Assembly (NCBI RefSeq): GCF_006345805.1
Contig: NC_043024.1
Coordinates: 9,052,001 to 9,116,000, forward strand
Source of the DNA: Octopus sinensis
Taxonomy: Eukaryota
DNA: 64,000 nucleotides
Direction: 5' to 3'
Below are positions 12,500-23,696 of the stretch, in pieces. How positions within the stretch are numbered: position 1 is the first letter of the stretch; the number at the start of each line of letters is the position of its first letter. The notes under the pieces were generated by a model. It saw only the letters and a program-made list of their open reading frames with translations. It searched no databases and was not told the origin of the DNA. The translations under genes and the position numbers were made by a program.

Positions 12500-13720
12500 G
12501 AAATAAAGTACCTGCATCAAAAAGGGTTTAGCCCCCAAGGGCATTCGTGGTTAAGAAATGGTCGCTATATTAGGAGACGACACTCCAGCTTTATCAACAG
12601 TGCAAAAATGGGCAGCTGAATCTAGGAAGAGAAGGGAGAGTTTTGAAGATGACCCCCAAGGTCAGGACGTCCTGCAACTGCCACTATCAAGGAAAATACT
12701 GAACTAATTCACTACATGGTGATGGATAAGAGGTGAATGATTAAAAAATCAGATAGCCAGTGAAAATTTGCATATCCCAAAAGTTCTGTGAAAATGGAAG
12801 AACTCCACCCTCCCGTATCACAAAGGAAGAAAAAGAAAAAAAAGAATGGGACTTTGCCGGCGGTTAATGGTACACTACTGGCATGTCCTGAAACCCTGTC
12901 GGAAAAAACTATGACCACTCCCATGGAGTTGGAGTTGGAATATGTGGTCTTCTTAACACAAGGAGGAGCTGTAAGAATTTCATTAAGAAGTTGGAAAGAA
13001 AATGCCGATGGAAAGGGGTTCAGGACTGCGTTATGCAAAGTTCTGCAAAAATGAACTTGGCATAATGACAGTTTTGCACAGTGGGTGCCACATCTGGAAC
13101 CTTATCGCATCATGGGAAAATCTGATATTTGTTTAAAGTAGATCCAGGTGGTTTTTTTCTTGAACATTTCTTAATCCAGGATGAGTGTTAGCTTCAGAGC
13201 CAAAAACAAAGGGACAGTCCATGCAGTGTAAATATCCTTCTTCATCTGCTCCAATGAAGGCCTTGGTCGTTTCATCTGCAGGGAAGGCGACAGCTGCAGT
13301 TTTTTGGGATGCAAAAAGCATTGTGTTTATTGACTGTCCTCAAAAGGGCCACACCGTCAATGGAGAGAACTATGCCAACTTGGTGAGGCAGTTATGGAAG
13401 GGTCTCAGGACCAAACACAAAAGAAAACTGATAGGTGTCTTGTTTCATCAGGACAATGCTTCAGTGCACAAGTCCTTGGTTTCAGTGGCTGCTGTGCCTG
13501 ACTGTGGCTTTGAACTGGTTGATCCCACTCCGTATTCTCCCGGTTTCACTCCATCTGTTACCCAATATGGAAAAACACTTGGCTGGGAAGAAACATTGCA
13601 ATAATGATGATGTCACATCTGCTGTCAATGAGTTTTTTTTTTACCAACAACTTCTCCACCAACGGGATCCAAACACAGCGACACTGATAGAAGAAATGTG
13701 TGACAAATAAGCCTCATTTG
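12500..13720 (+). mobile_element. Degraded mariner transposase with a ~240-bp insertion
   Basis: STVQKWAAE..RESFEDDP, AVFWDAKSIVFID, LFHQDNASVHKS and PYSP motifs. Confidence 0.85.
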
Positions 13721-13874
13721 AAAATACTGAAAAATATAGTAACCCGGACATTACTATGGGATGACCTGATACATTATATTTTTAAATACTGCTGTATTTC
13801 CTTCAACTGTTTAGTTGATTGCTGAATGCACACTGCATCATACATTTGTCCAAGTTTTAGTTGAAGATAAAATA

Positions 13875-14044
13875 TTGTAGATTTCTACTCTTACCAGAGG
13901 GTGCACACTCTCTTACCCTCATGTAATCTCCAGGGATACAGGCATCCAGCAACAGGACCTCTGTAATGCCATGATGGACAGTGAAGTCTGGCGTAGCATG
14001 GTAAATTCCATTGTCTCAACCACGGTTGAACAATGATGATGATC

Positions 14045-14085
<41 letters not shown>

Positions 14086-14518
14086 CACACACAGTCGAAC
14101 CAATTCTACTATATGGCTCAGAAATCTGGACATTATCAAAGAAGCTTGAGAGGCGGTTGGATGGAACTTACACTCACCTCCTTATGAGAGCTCTAAATCT
14201 CTCGTGGAGGCGTCATCCAACCAAAGTACAAATATATGGGAAACTACCACCTGTGTCATCTCTTGTGAAATGTAGAAGTGTTCAGTTTGCTGGACATTGT
14301 TGTAGAGCTGAAAACGAGGTAATTTCTACTCTTCTCCTCTGGAAGCCATCTACTCGCAATACCAGAGGGCGCACACTCTCCTACCCTGATGTAATCTCCA
14401 GGGATACAGGCATCCAGCAACAGGACCTCTGTAATGCCATGATGGACCGTGAAGTCTGGCGTAGCATGGTAAATTCCATTGTCTTGACCACGGTTGAACA
14501 ATGATGATGATGATGAGA
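13875..14518 (+). mobile_element. Two adjacent 3' ends of an RTE-type LINE with (TGA)n tails
   Basis: ORF 14157-14504 (LLMRALNLSW..FAGHCCR..DREVW) ends in (TGA)n. A shorter near-identical copy lies at 13875-14045. Confidence 0.85.
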
Positions 14519-14785
14519 TGTTTCACTGAAGTGGTGAATTTTGCTATTAATTTTACAGTTCAGAGTAAATAGTTCACAGTAATTCTGCTGTAAGTTTATA
14601 TCAGCAAAGTTACTTCTTAGGAAATGCATCTTGATGATTCGGTTGATGAGGAAAACTCCTTCACACGAATGTCATTTGAAGGTCTGAAACAATAGGAAAA
14701 AAAAAACAGTAAATAAAAAGTAGGCACTTCAGAAATAGATTCAATGGTAGACATGCAATATTTTTATATTGTTAAATTATACATT

Positions 14786-15014
14786 TAATCCTTTAGCATT
14801 TAAACTGGTCATATCAGGCCAAAAGTATTCGGCCTGTTCTATGTTCAAACTGGCCAGATCTGGTCTCTCACACCAACCCTACAATATCGTTTTAAAAATT
14901 AACAGTGACCTCATCAAAATCTCATAGCTACGAGATAATGCATGATTAGTTCAAGGCAACGTGGATAAAAAAGGATTAATTTTGGCAGAATAATGTGAAC
15001 ACTAAAGGGTTAAA
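14786..15014. mobile_element. piggyBac-like MITE (TTAA-CCTTTAG...CTAAAGGG-TTAA)
   Basis: TTAA flanks and CCCTTTAG-type TIRs. A related copy is at 43809-44036. Confidence 0.7.
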
Positions 15015-15077
15015 TATTTACCTAAACAATTGAATTTTACCTTTTAATTTATTAAAATTACATCATTTTACAAAATG

Positions 15078-15378
15078 TTTGTTCCTTCTCGAGCCATGCC
15101 TGGCTCATAAGGGCCAGTTTCCCCGGTTTCCTTGGCATATAGGTTCCCCACCTGGAAGGGACGCTGGTCCATCGCAGGTGAGCTGCAAGATGCAGGAGGA
15201 AAGAGTGAGAGAAAGTTGTGGCGAAAGAGTCAGCAGAAGTTCGCCATTATCTTCTGCCGGAGCCGCTTGGAGCTTAGGTGTTTCGCTCATAAACACACAC
15301 ATCACCCGGTCTGAGATTCGAACCCGCAATCCCTCGACCACGAGTTCGCTGCTCTAACCACTAGGCCATGTGCCTCCA
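15078..15378 (-). mobile_element. tRNA-derived SINE family D
   Basis: Minus strand GTGGAGGCACATGGCCTAGTGGTTAGAGC (A box)...GGTTCGAATC (B box). Related copies at 41596-41790, truncated heads at 38906, 39719 and 40547, tail at 51720-51793. Confidence 0.85.
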
Positions 15379-15489
15379 CATATATATATGTTTGTTCCTT
15401 CTTGAGCCATCCCTGGCTCATAAGGGCCAGTTTCCCGGTTTCCTTGGCGCATAGGTTCCCCACGGGACGGGATGCAGGTGAGCTGCAAG

Positions 15490-15878
15490 ATCCAGGCAGT
15501 TTTTAAAATAACTTCTAGGTAACTAAAAAAATTAAACTTCGTATACTGGTAGAATGTGTTTATAAAACATCTTTTTCTCTTGGCTTTATTGAGAAACTTC
15601 TATAGTTTGTAAGATATTTTTTGTTTTTTTCCTTCAATTTCTGCAATTTCAACCAGTCTACTGAGGTAAAAAACATTCTGTGCCGTATGAATATGTCCCT
15701 CGTTTAAGAAACAGATTGGGTTTATTTACATTTGTGAAGAAAAAAAGATGCCCTTCCCCCTAACCCTTACCCGAAAACAGACTGAAATGCAATAGATCGA
15801 TACTAGGGTCATAATTATGGGTGACAATTTCATATGACACCGCTAGAAAAAAACTGCCGTTCAAACCGAAAAGATCCG
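15490..15878. mobile_element. MITE family with GGATCTTTTCGGTTTGAACGGCAGTTTT TIRs
   Basis: Right TIR AAAACTGCCGTTCAAACCGAAAAGATCC. Complete copies at 21253-21941 and 50350-50758, fragments at 22150-22620 and 36750-37084. Confidence 0.85.
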
Positions 15879-16389
15879 TATAATCTAATATGATAATGGG
15901 CGTTGTCTTTTTATATAGTTGTGTGTATATATACATATATATATAATATTAGGGAGTTCACAGGGAAAAATTAGATTTAGGATTAAATCTAATTTTATAG
16001 TATAAATATATATATATTACATTATATTAGAGATAAAACCACTATTAGGCAAATCAAACAGTGAAAATCATAAACCAATACATAGAAATAGAATTAATTA
16101 ATAAAATATATAAAAAATATAAAATTCGAAATTAAATATTTAAATTAAAGTTAAGATTTAAAAAATTATTTAAGTTAATAATTTAAACTTATAAATTTTA
16201 AATATATGTATATATATATATATATTTTATTATTATTTTATTTATTTATTTTTTTAATTATATAACTATCAAAAAGTATTCAAAGTTTAATTAATATAAG
16301 ATAAAAAGTAATATATATATATATATTAAAGGTGTAGCGTTTGTAATAGTCTGGATAAAACTGACATATCGGTTCCATTCTAGCAAAAA

Positions 16390-16427
16390 TTGTCCGATGA
16401 ACGGCAATGGGAAACTCGGAGTAACAG
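16390..16427 (+). ncRNA. Type-I hammerhead ribozyme motif, variant CCGAUGA core
   Basis: TTGT-CCGATGA-aCG gcaa TGg-GAAA-CTC g GAG-TA-ACAG. Stem I TTGT/ACAG, near-palindromic stem III, GUA site. Stem II is weak. Confidence 0.6.
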
Positions 16428-16724
16428 GTTTTGTTGAATTTTCTGCTGCTTTGAATAAAGTATATATATATATATTATATATAGAGATATATATATTGGT
16501 AAAAACGGTAAGATAACAAAAGAAAGAAAGAGACCTCAATATTATGTAAATAGAGAAATTTATCTGTAAATTAATATGTTACCATTATTCAATAGTCAAG
16601 ATAAAACTCTGAGTTTACATGTTTACTATGAACTTTTAACCTTAATTTATATAAGTAGCAGAATTATAGCACAGTAATTTCCCTTTATATAACGGTATTT
16701 TTTCATAGCGTTTTTCAGATGGCC

Positions 16725-16776
16725 AGATAACTGAGGAGGATTTCCACCTCGGCATCCGAAACTCAGAGTTTTATCT
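16725..16776 (+). ncRNA. Type-I hammerhead ribozyme (canonical core)
   Basis: AGATAA-CTGAGGA-GGAT[12 nt]ATCC-GAAA-CTC a GAG-TT-TTATCT. Perfect 6-bp stem I and 4-bp stem II, near-palindromic stem III, GUU site (cleavage predicted after 16770). Confidence 0.85.
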
Positions 16777-16824
16777 TGACTATTGAATAATTGTAACATA
16801 TTATTTTATATATATATATATATA

Positions 16825-17417
16825 TCTTTATATATTAAAGTGAAGTTGTGTGTCTGTCTCCTACGATTTAGATTCCTAACTACTCCCACATTTTGCGGTG
16901 CAGTTTAACCAAAACCGGGTATCTTATAGTAGTGATTCATATCGAGCCCTTCTGGGTATTAGCGCGCATCTACGATGAGGCTACGATTTAAAAAAAAATT
17001 TACCATAATTTTTTTCCATTTTAATGCATTTTTTCGCTATTATATAAGGGAAGTAACCCTCTAAAAATGTCTACGATGAGTCAACGATTTAAAAAAAAAA
17101 TTTACCATAATTTTTTTCCATTTTAATGCATTTTTTTCGCTATTATATAAGGGAAGTAACCCTCTAAAAATGTCTACGATGAGTCTACAATTTAAAAAAA
17201 AATTTACCATAATTTTTTTCCATTTTAATGCATTCTTTTCGCTATTATATAAGGGAAGTAACTCTCTAAAAATGTCTACGATTTAAAAAAAAAAATTACC
17301 ATAATTTTTTTCCCATTTTTAATGCATTTTTTTGCAATTTTTTGGCTATAACTCTCTAAAAATGCTTATATAGTTATTTCCCTTACAAACCCGAGCAACG
17401 CCGGGCGATACTGCTAG
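16825..17417 (+). mobile_element. Non-autonomous Helitron (family H1) with internal ~110-bp repeats
   Basis: 5' TC, 3' hairpin CCCGAGCAACGCCGGG followed by CTAG, inserted between A and T. Copies at 44358-44805(+) and 57210-57509(-). Confidence 0.85.
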
Positions 17418-17428
17418 TATTATAATAA

Positions 17429-17845
17429 AGGGTTAATTGCAACAAGTTGCTCAAAACCACTGGGATTTCGTTATTTTCTTTCTCTTTACTATATACAGCA
17501 GTGCTTTTCAAACTTTTTGCTGGAGCGGAACCCCAGGGAAACATTCCACTGGCTCGAGGAACCCCTGCGTAATAATTTAATAGTCTTATGCACACATATC
17601 TGCACAGGAGAATTAAAAATTACTGCTGATTTTAGCAGTTTTGTAACTTCTTGCGGAATCCCTGAACTGTACTGGCGGAACCCTAAGGTTCCGCGGAACC
17701 CTGGTTGAAAACCACTGATATACGGGTTGCAAATTCTGTTTGTTTGTGGAGACTATTTTACTAGTAGTAGAAATAGTGATCTATTTGGCTGCTATTTCTA
17801 ATATTTTCGGTATGTGGTTTTGAGCAACTTGTTGCAATTAACCCT
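17429..17845. mobile_element. PIF/Harbinger-like MITE
   Basis: Perfect ~32-bp TIR AGGGTTAATTGCAACAAGTTGCTCAAAACCAC with TAA on both sides. Confidence 0.75.
17499..17717. mobile_element. hAT-like MITE nested in the Harbinger-like MITE
   Basis: TIR CAGTG(C/G)TTTTCAA. 8-bp TSD ATATACAG/ATATACGG (7/8 match). Confidence 0.75.
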
Positions 17846-18974
17846 TAATTATAATTAATATAATTCTTACCAAATATGGTATTTTCCATACCGAAAAAAC
17901 TACTAGGTGAAATTTATTAATTTTATTAAATTAATTATATTTCAGCCTTTTTGCATATATATATATATAGGTCGTAGGAGTGGTTGTGTGGTAAGTAGCT
18001 TGTTTACCAACCACATGGTTCCGGGTTCAGTCCCACTGCGTGGCATCTTGGGAAAGTGTCTTCTGCTATAGCCCCCCGGGCCGACCAAAGCCTTGTGAGT
18101 GGATTTGGTAGACGGAAACTGAAAGAAGCCCGTTGTATATATGTATGTGTGTGTATGTTTGTGTGTCTGTGTTTGTCCCCCTAGCATTGCATGACAACCG
18201 ATGCTGGTGTGTTTATGTCCCCGTCACCTAGCGGTTTGGCAAAAGAGAACCGATAGAATAAGTACTGGGCTTACAAAAGAATAAGTCCCGGGGTCGAGTT
18301 GCTCGATTAAAGGCGGTGCTCCAGCATGGCCGCAGTCAAATGACTGAAACAAGTAAAAGAGTTTTGTATATATATATATATATATATATATTTCGGTGAG
18401 AATGGTTTTTTATACGGAGTCGTATTTTACAATCCTGTAAATAATAATAATGGTATTTGTATATAAGCTTAAGGCTTATGGAGATTGTCGTGCAAAGGAC
18501 TAAGGGAAATAGTCTAATAGTCTAATAAAGAGGGCCTATAAGCCCTCGAGAGAAAATCGAAGGGTTTCCTATCCGGAGTGAGAGGTGAAGGTAGAGGAGT
18601 TAAATAGCAAAGAGTGCATCGTACGAATGAGGAAGGAAGGGGGTGATAGAAGAATAACGAAGGGAGGAGTTAAAAATCAGATAAGTGGCGTTTGGAGTGT
18701 GAGTGGTAGGTTAGCGGATAAGTGGCGGTTGGAGTGTGAGTGGTAGGTTAGTGGATAAGTGGCAATTGGAGTGTAGTGTATGAGTTTGAGTGAGCAATGG
18801 AAAATGGGATGGGACTGTTAAACGCTGAAAATGGGTGTGTAGGAATCGGAAACAGATCCGGCTTTTGGTTAATGTTTACATCTTGACCCAGAAATGAAAA
18901 TCCAAAATGGAAAAAAAAAAAAACACTGGAATGGGTGTGAAACAATGTGTAGGAAACGAATATGGAAAAAGAAT

Positions 18975-19036
18975 GGGATGGTGTGTGTGAGTGTATGTGT
19001 GTGTGTATATATATATATGTGTGTGTGTGTGTGTGC

Positions 19037-19071
<35 letters not shown>

Positions 19072-19131
19072 CATATATATATATATGTGTGTGTGTGTGC
19101 ATATATATGTGTATTTATATATATATATGTG

Positions 19132-19170
<39 letters not shown>

Positions 19171-19529
19171 GTGTGTGCATATAATATGTGTGTGTGTGTG
19201 TGCATATATATATATATATTGTGTGTGTGTGTGTGTGTGTGTGTTGCATATATATATGTGTGTATTTATATATATATGTGTGTGTGTGTGCATATATATG
19301 TGTGTGCATATATATTATATATGTGTGTGTGGTGTGCATATATATATATATATATGTATATATGTGTGTGCATATATATATGTGTGTGGTGTGTGTGTGC
19401 ATATATATGTGTGTATTTATATATATGTGTGTGCATATATATATAATATATATATGTGTGTGTGTGCATATAATATGTGTGTGTGCATATATATATATAT
19501 ATGTGTGTGCATATATATATGTGTGTGGC

Positions 19530-19561
<32 letters not shown>

Positions 19562-19594
19562 GTGTGTGCATATATATATGTGTGTGTGGTGTGC

Positions 19595-19641
<47 letters not shown>

Positions 19642-20048
19642 TATATATATGTGTGTATTTATATATATGTGTGTGTGTGCATATATATGTGTATTTATAT
19701 ATATATATGTGTGTGTGCATATATATATATATATATATGTATATATGTGTGTGCATATATATATGTGTGTGTGTGTGTGTGTGCATATATATGTGTGTAT
19801 TTATATATATATGTGTGTGCATATATATATATATATATGTGTGTGTGTGCATATATATATGTGTGTGTGCATATATATATATATATGTGTGTGCATATAT
19901 ATATGTGTGTGTGCATATATATATATATATGTGTGTGCATATATATATATGTGTGTGTGCATATATATATGTGTGTGCATATATATATATGTGTGTGCAT
20001 AGATATATATATGTGTGTGCGTGTGTGTGTGTGTGTGCGCATATATAT
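18975..20048. repeat. Compound (TG)n/(CA)/(TA)n microsatellite, about 1.07 kb
   Basis: Alternating TG and TA runs joined by GCAT. Confidence 0.95.
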
Positions 20049-20280
20049 GGCTGTATGTATATAATTTATGGGTGATCTTTCGATATGATAACTCATATCG
20101 AAAGATCACCTGTCGGATATTACGAATATGCAAAATTTCTTTTTTTTTAATTCAACCCCACCACCAATTAAAACATTTTTTTCTTGCATATTCGTAATCT
20201 CCGACATCTAAAACGTATTCATTTTCTACACATTTTTTTTACACCCATTGCACTATTTTTTTCCCTGATTTTCGTTTGTT

Positions 20281-20870
20281 GGCAATCTTTCGTCTCTAGT
20301 AGATCTTTCCGTCGATTTCCGTAAAAATATTTTTTTTTTTTTCACATATGGGCTTGCGGGAACTTTTGAAGTAATGAGAGCGAAAGAGACTAAGAGAAAG
20401 CGATTGTATGACGAGGGAAGTTCTTTTGAAGTTACCGTGCATGGGCAATCTTTCGTCTCTAGTAGACCTTTCCGTCAATTTCCGTAAAAAACTTCTTTTT
20501 TTTTTTACATATGGGCTTGCGGGAACTTTTGAAGTAATGAGAGCGAAAGAGACTAAGAGAAAGCGATTGTATGACGAGGGAAGTTCTTTTGAAGTTACCG
20601 TCCAAGGGAAGCATTGATGTACATGTGTGTATGTGTGTGTGTGTGTTTGATGGGGTGTGGGAGACAGACAGTATGTTGTGTAAGTGAAGTGCTTCTGTTA
20701 GTGTGTGTGAAGAGACAGAGTAATGTGTGAAAGAGAGAGATAACTGAAATTTTTTACTCGGTGTATGTGTATATATATTACTTCAAAAGTTCCCGCAAGC
20801 CCATATGTAAAAAAAAAAAAATTTTTTTACGGAAATCGACGGAAAGGTCTACTAGAGACGAACGATCGCT
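20281..20870. mobile_element. Merlin-like MITE family M1 (with duplicated left end)
   Basis: TIR GGCAATCTTTCGTCTCTAGTAGACCTTTCCGTCGATTTCCGTAAAAA. A full copy is at 24031-24463. Confidence 0.75.
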
Positions 20871-21505
20871 TTTTTTGCATATTCGTAATCTCCGACATCT
20901 AAAACGTATTCATTTTCTACACATTTTTTTTTACACCCATTGCACTATTTTTTTTCCTGATTTTCGTTCGTCTCCCAGTCAAGTTGTAAAACATTAACTA
21001 AAAGTTAAAAAAAAAAAAATCCATTTTTGAATCAGAGGTGCGAAACTGCATTAGGTCCTTTTTTTCACTAATGTTGTTACGTGTCTTCATTTTGTTACAA
21101 TTTACAACTGTATTCACTAAGTTAAATATCACTGTTTGCACACATCAGTCATAATATCTCCAAGACGATGAGAATATTCGGTCCCAAATGGAAAAGGAAG
21201 CAATCAAGACTGGAAAGGATTAAGAATTTAGTTAAGAGGCAAAACTTAGAGCGGATCTTTTCCGTTTGACCGGCAGTTTTTTCTAGCTGTGTCATATGAA
21301 ATTGTCACCCATAATTATAACCTTAGAATCGATCTATTGCATTTCAGTCTGTTTTAGGGTTAGGTTAGGGGTGGGGGAAGGGTATCTTTTTTCTTCAGAA
21401 ATGTAAATAAACCCAATCTGTTTCTTAAACGAGGGACATATTCATACGGCACAGAATGTTTTCACCTCAAATAGACGTCATTGATTGGTTGAAATTGCAG
21501 AAATT

Positions 21506-21770
21506 GGCAATCTTTCGTCTCTAGTAGACCTTTCCGTCGATTTCCGTAAAAAAATTGTTTTTTTTTACGTATGAGCTTGCGGGAACTTTTGAAGTAATGA
21601 GAGCGAAAGAGACTAAGAGAAAGCGATTGTATGACGAGGGAAGTTCTTTTGAAGTTACCGTGCATGGGACGCATTGATGTACATGTGTGTGTGTGTGTTT
21701 GATGGGGTGTGGGAGACAGACAGTATGTTGTGTAATCGACGGAAAGGTCTACTAGAGACGAAAGATCGCC
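21506..21770. mobile_element. Merlin-like MITE M1 (internally deleted) inserted in the GGATC-TIR MITE
   Basis: GG termini and an exact 8-bp TSD CAGAAATT (21498-21505 and 21771-21778). Confidence 0.85.
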
Positions 21771-22926
21771 CAGAAATTGAAGGAAAAAAAGCAACAAATA
21801 TCTTACAAACTATAGAATTTTCTCAATAAAGCCAAGAGAAAAAGATGTTTTATAAACACATTCTACCAGTATACGAAGTTTAAAAGTGTTTAGTTGCGTG
21901 GAAATTATTTTTAAAAACTGCCGTTCAAACCGAAAAAATCCCAAATTTATCCACTAAGGTAAATATAACTATAACTATTTGCCCACATCGGTCATAATAT
22001 CTCCAAAACGATGAGAAGAATATTCGGTCCCAAATGGAAAAGGATTAAGAATTTTTAGTTAAGAGGCAAAATTTAGAGCCATTCTTTATCAACTTAGCAC
22101 TCTCGGGTATAAATCGTGAATTAGTGCGTTGATCTTCATTACGAAATGATGGGTGGGGGGAAGGGTATCTTTTTTTTCTTTACAAATGTAAATAAACCCA
22201 ATCTGTTTCTTAAACGAGGGACATATTCATACGGCACAGAATATATATATTTTTTACCTCAATAGACGTCATTGATTGGTTGAAATTGCAGAGAAAAAAC
22301 AACAAATATCTTACAAAGTATAGAATTTTCTTAATAAAGCCAAGAGAAAAAGATGTTTTATAAACACATTCTACCAGTATACGAAGTTTAAAAGTTTTTA
22401 GTTACCTAGAAATTATGTTAAAAATGCTTTTTTTTTACCTCAATAGACGTCAGTGATTGGTTGAAATTGCAGAAATTGAAGAGAAAAAACAACAAATATC
22501 TTACAAACTATAGAATCTTCTTAATAAATCCAAGAGAAAATGATGTTTTATAAACACATTCTACCAGTAAACGAATTTTAAAAGTGTTTAGTTACGTGGA
22601 AATTATTTTAAAAACTGGAAAGGACTAAGAATTCTTAGTTAAGAGGCAAAATTTAGAGCTGTTCTTTATCAACTTACCCCTCTCGGATATAAATCGGGAA
22701 TTAGTGCGTTGATCTTCATTACGAAATGATGAAAGTAATCATCTCGTTGTAAGGTTTTCGGTTTGAGACGGATTTTGAAGCGATTCTAAGCCACGTCATG
22801 AATTCTGTGATTGCAATTAAGGAAGAGAGGAAACTGATTTTCTGTGTTCAGCCGCTGTTTCGATACGGAATCTCTTTACTATTTGACCAATAAAGTCTAA
22901 ATAAGAGAAATATATATATATATATA

Positions 22927-23505
22927 GGATCTTTTCCTTTTGAACGGCACTTTGTAATAAAATTTTAGGTAACTAAAAAAAGGCAAACTTAACATCGCCC
23001 AAAAAAATTTTTTTAAACCGTAACATCGCCCTAAAAAGTTTTAAACTTCGTAGAAGTTACATAGAAATTATGTTACAAAGTGCTGTTCAAAAGGAAAAGA
23101 TCCTATATAAACTTAGTTACAAGAGAAATATATATAGGATCTTTTCCTTTTGAACGGCACTTTGTAACTTTCTAACATAATTTCTAGGTAACTAAAAAGG
23201 GGCAAATTTAACATCCCCCCCCCTAAAAAAAACTCGTAACATCGCCCTAAAAAGTTTTAAACTTAGTAGTTTAGTTACCTAGAAATTATGTTACAAAGTG
23301 ATGTTCAAAAGGAAAAGATCCTATATAAACTTAGTTACAAGAGAAATATATATATATATAGGATCTTTTCCTTTTGAACGCACTTTGTAACATAATTTCT
23401 ACTTAAATAAAAAGGGCAAACTTAACATCGCCCTAAAAAGTTTTAAACTTCGCAGAAGTTACCTAGAAATTATGTTACAAAGTGCCGTTCAAAAGGAAAA
23501 GGTCC
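22927..23505. repeat. Three tandem palindromic mini-MITEs (145-185 bp)
   Basis: GGATCTTTTCCTTTTGAACGGCACTTTGTAA...TTACAAAGTGCCGTTCAAAAGGAAAAGATCC at 22927, 23137 and 23361, joined by an AACTTAGTTACAAGAGAAATA spacer. Confidence 0.85.
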
Positions 23506-23696
23506 TATATAAACTTAGTTACAAGATTGTAAAAACGGCGCCGTATAAAAAAATTTTTTTCAACAAAAATAGGCTTTCTTAAGATTTTCTCAATTTTAGA
23601 TTTAAAAAACCGTTGAAGAAGGAATACGAAACAATCAGCGCTCGATTCAAATTTGAAACTTTTCCGAGTCGATGTATTTGTGTGTATAAAATATTG

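Noticed and set aside
18535-18590. Possible hammerhead half (minus strand GAAA-CCCTTCGA..TCGAGGG) in a TA-flanked element
   Set aside because: No CUGANGA or CCGANGA core and no NUH in register.
18748-20197. Long His/Thr/Tyr/Cys/Val-rich ORFs (also 47728-48917, 49004-49231, 62230-62825)
   Set aside because: Stop-free translations of dinucleotide and trinucleotide microsatellites in several frames.
21355-21372. TTAGGG-like runs (also about 23785-23802, 36778, 51013-51030)
   Set aside because: Only 1-3 imperfect units inside MITEs, not telomeric arrays.
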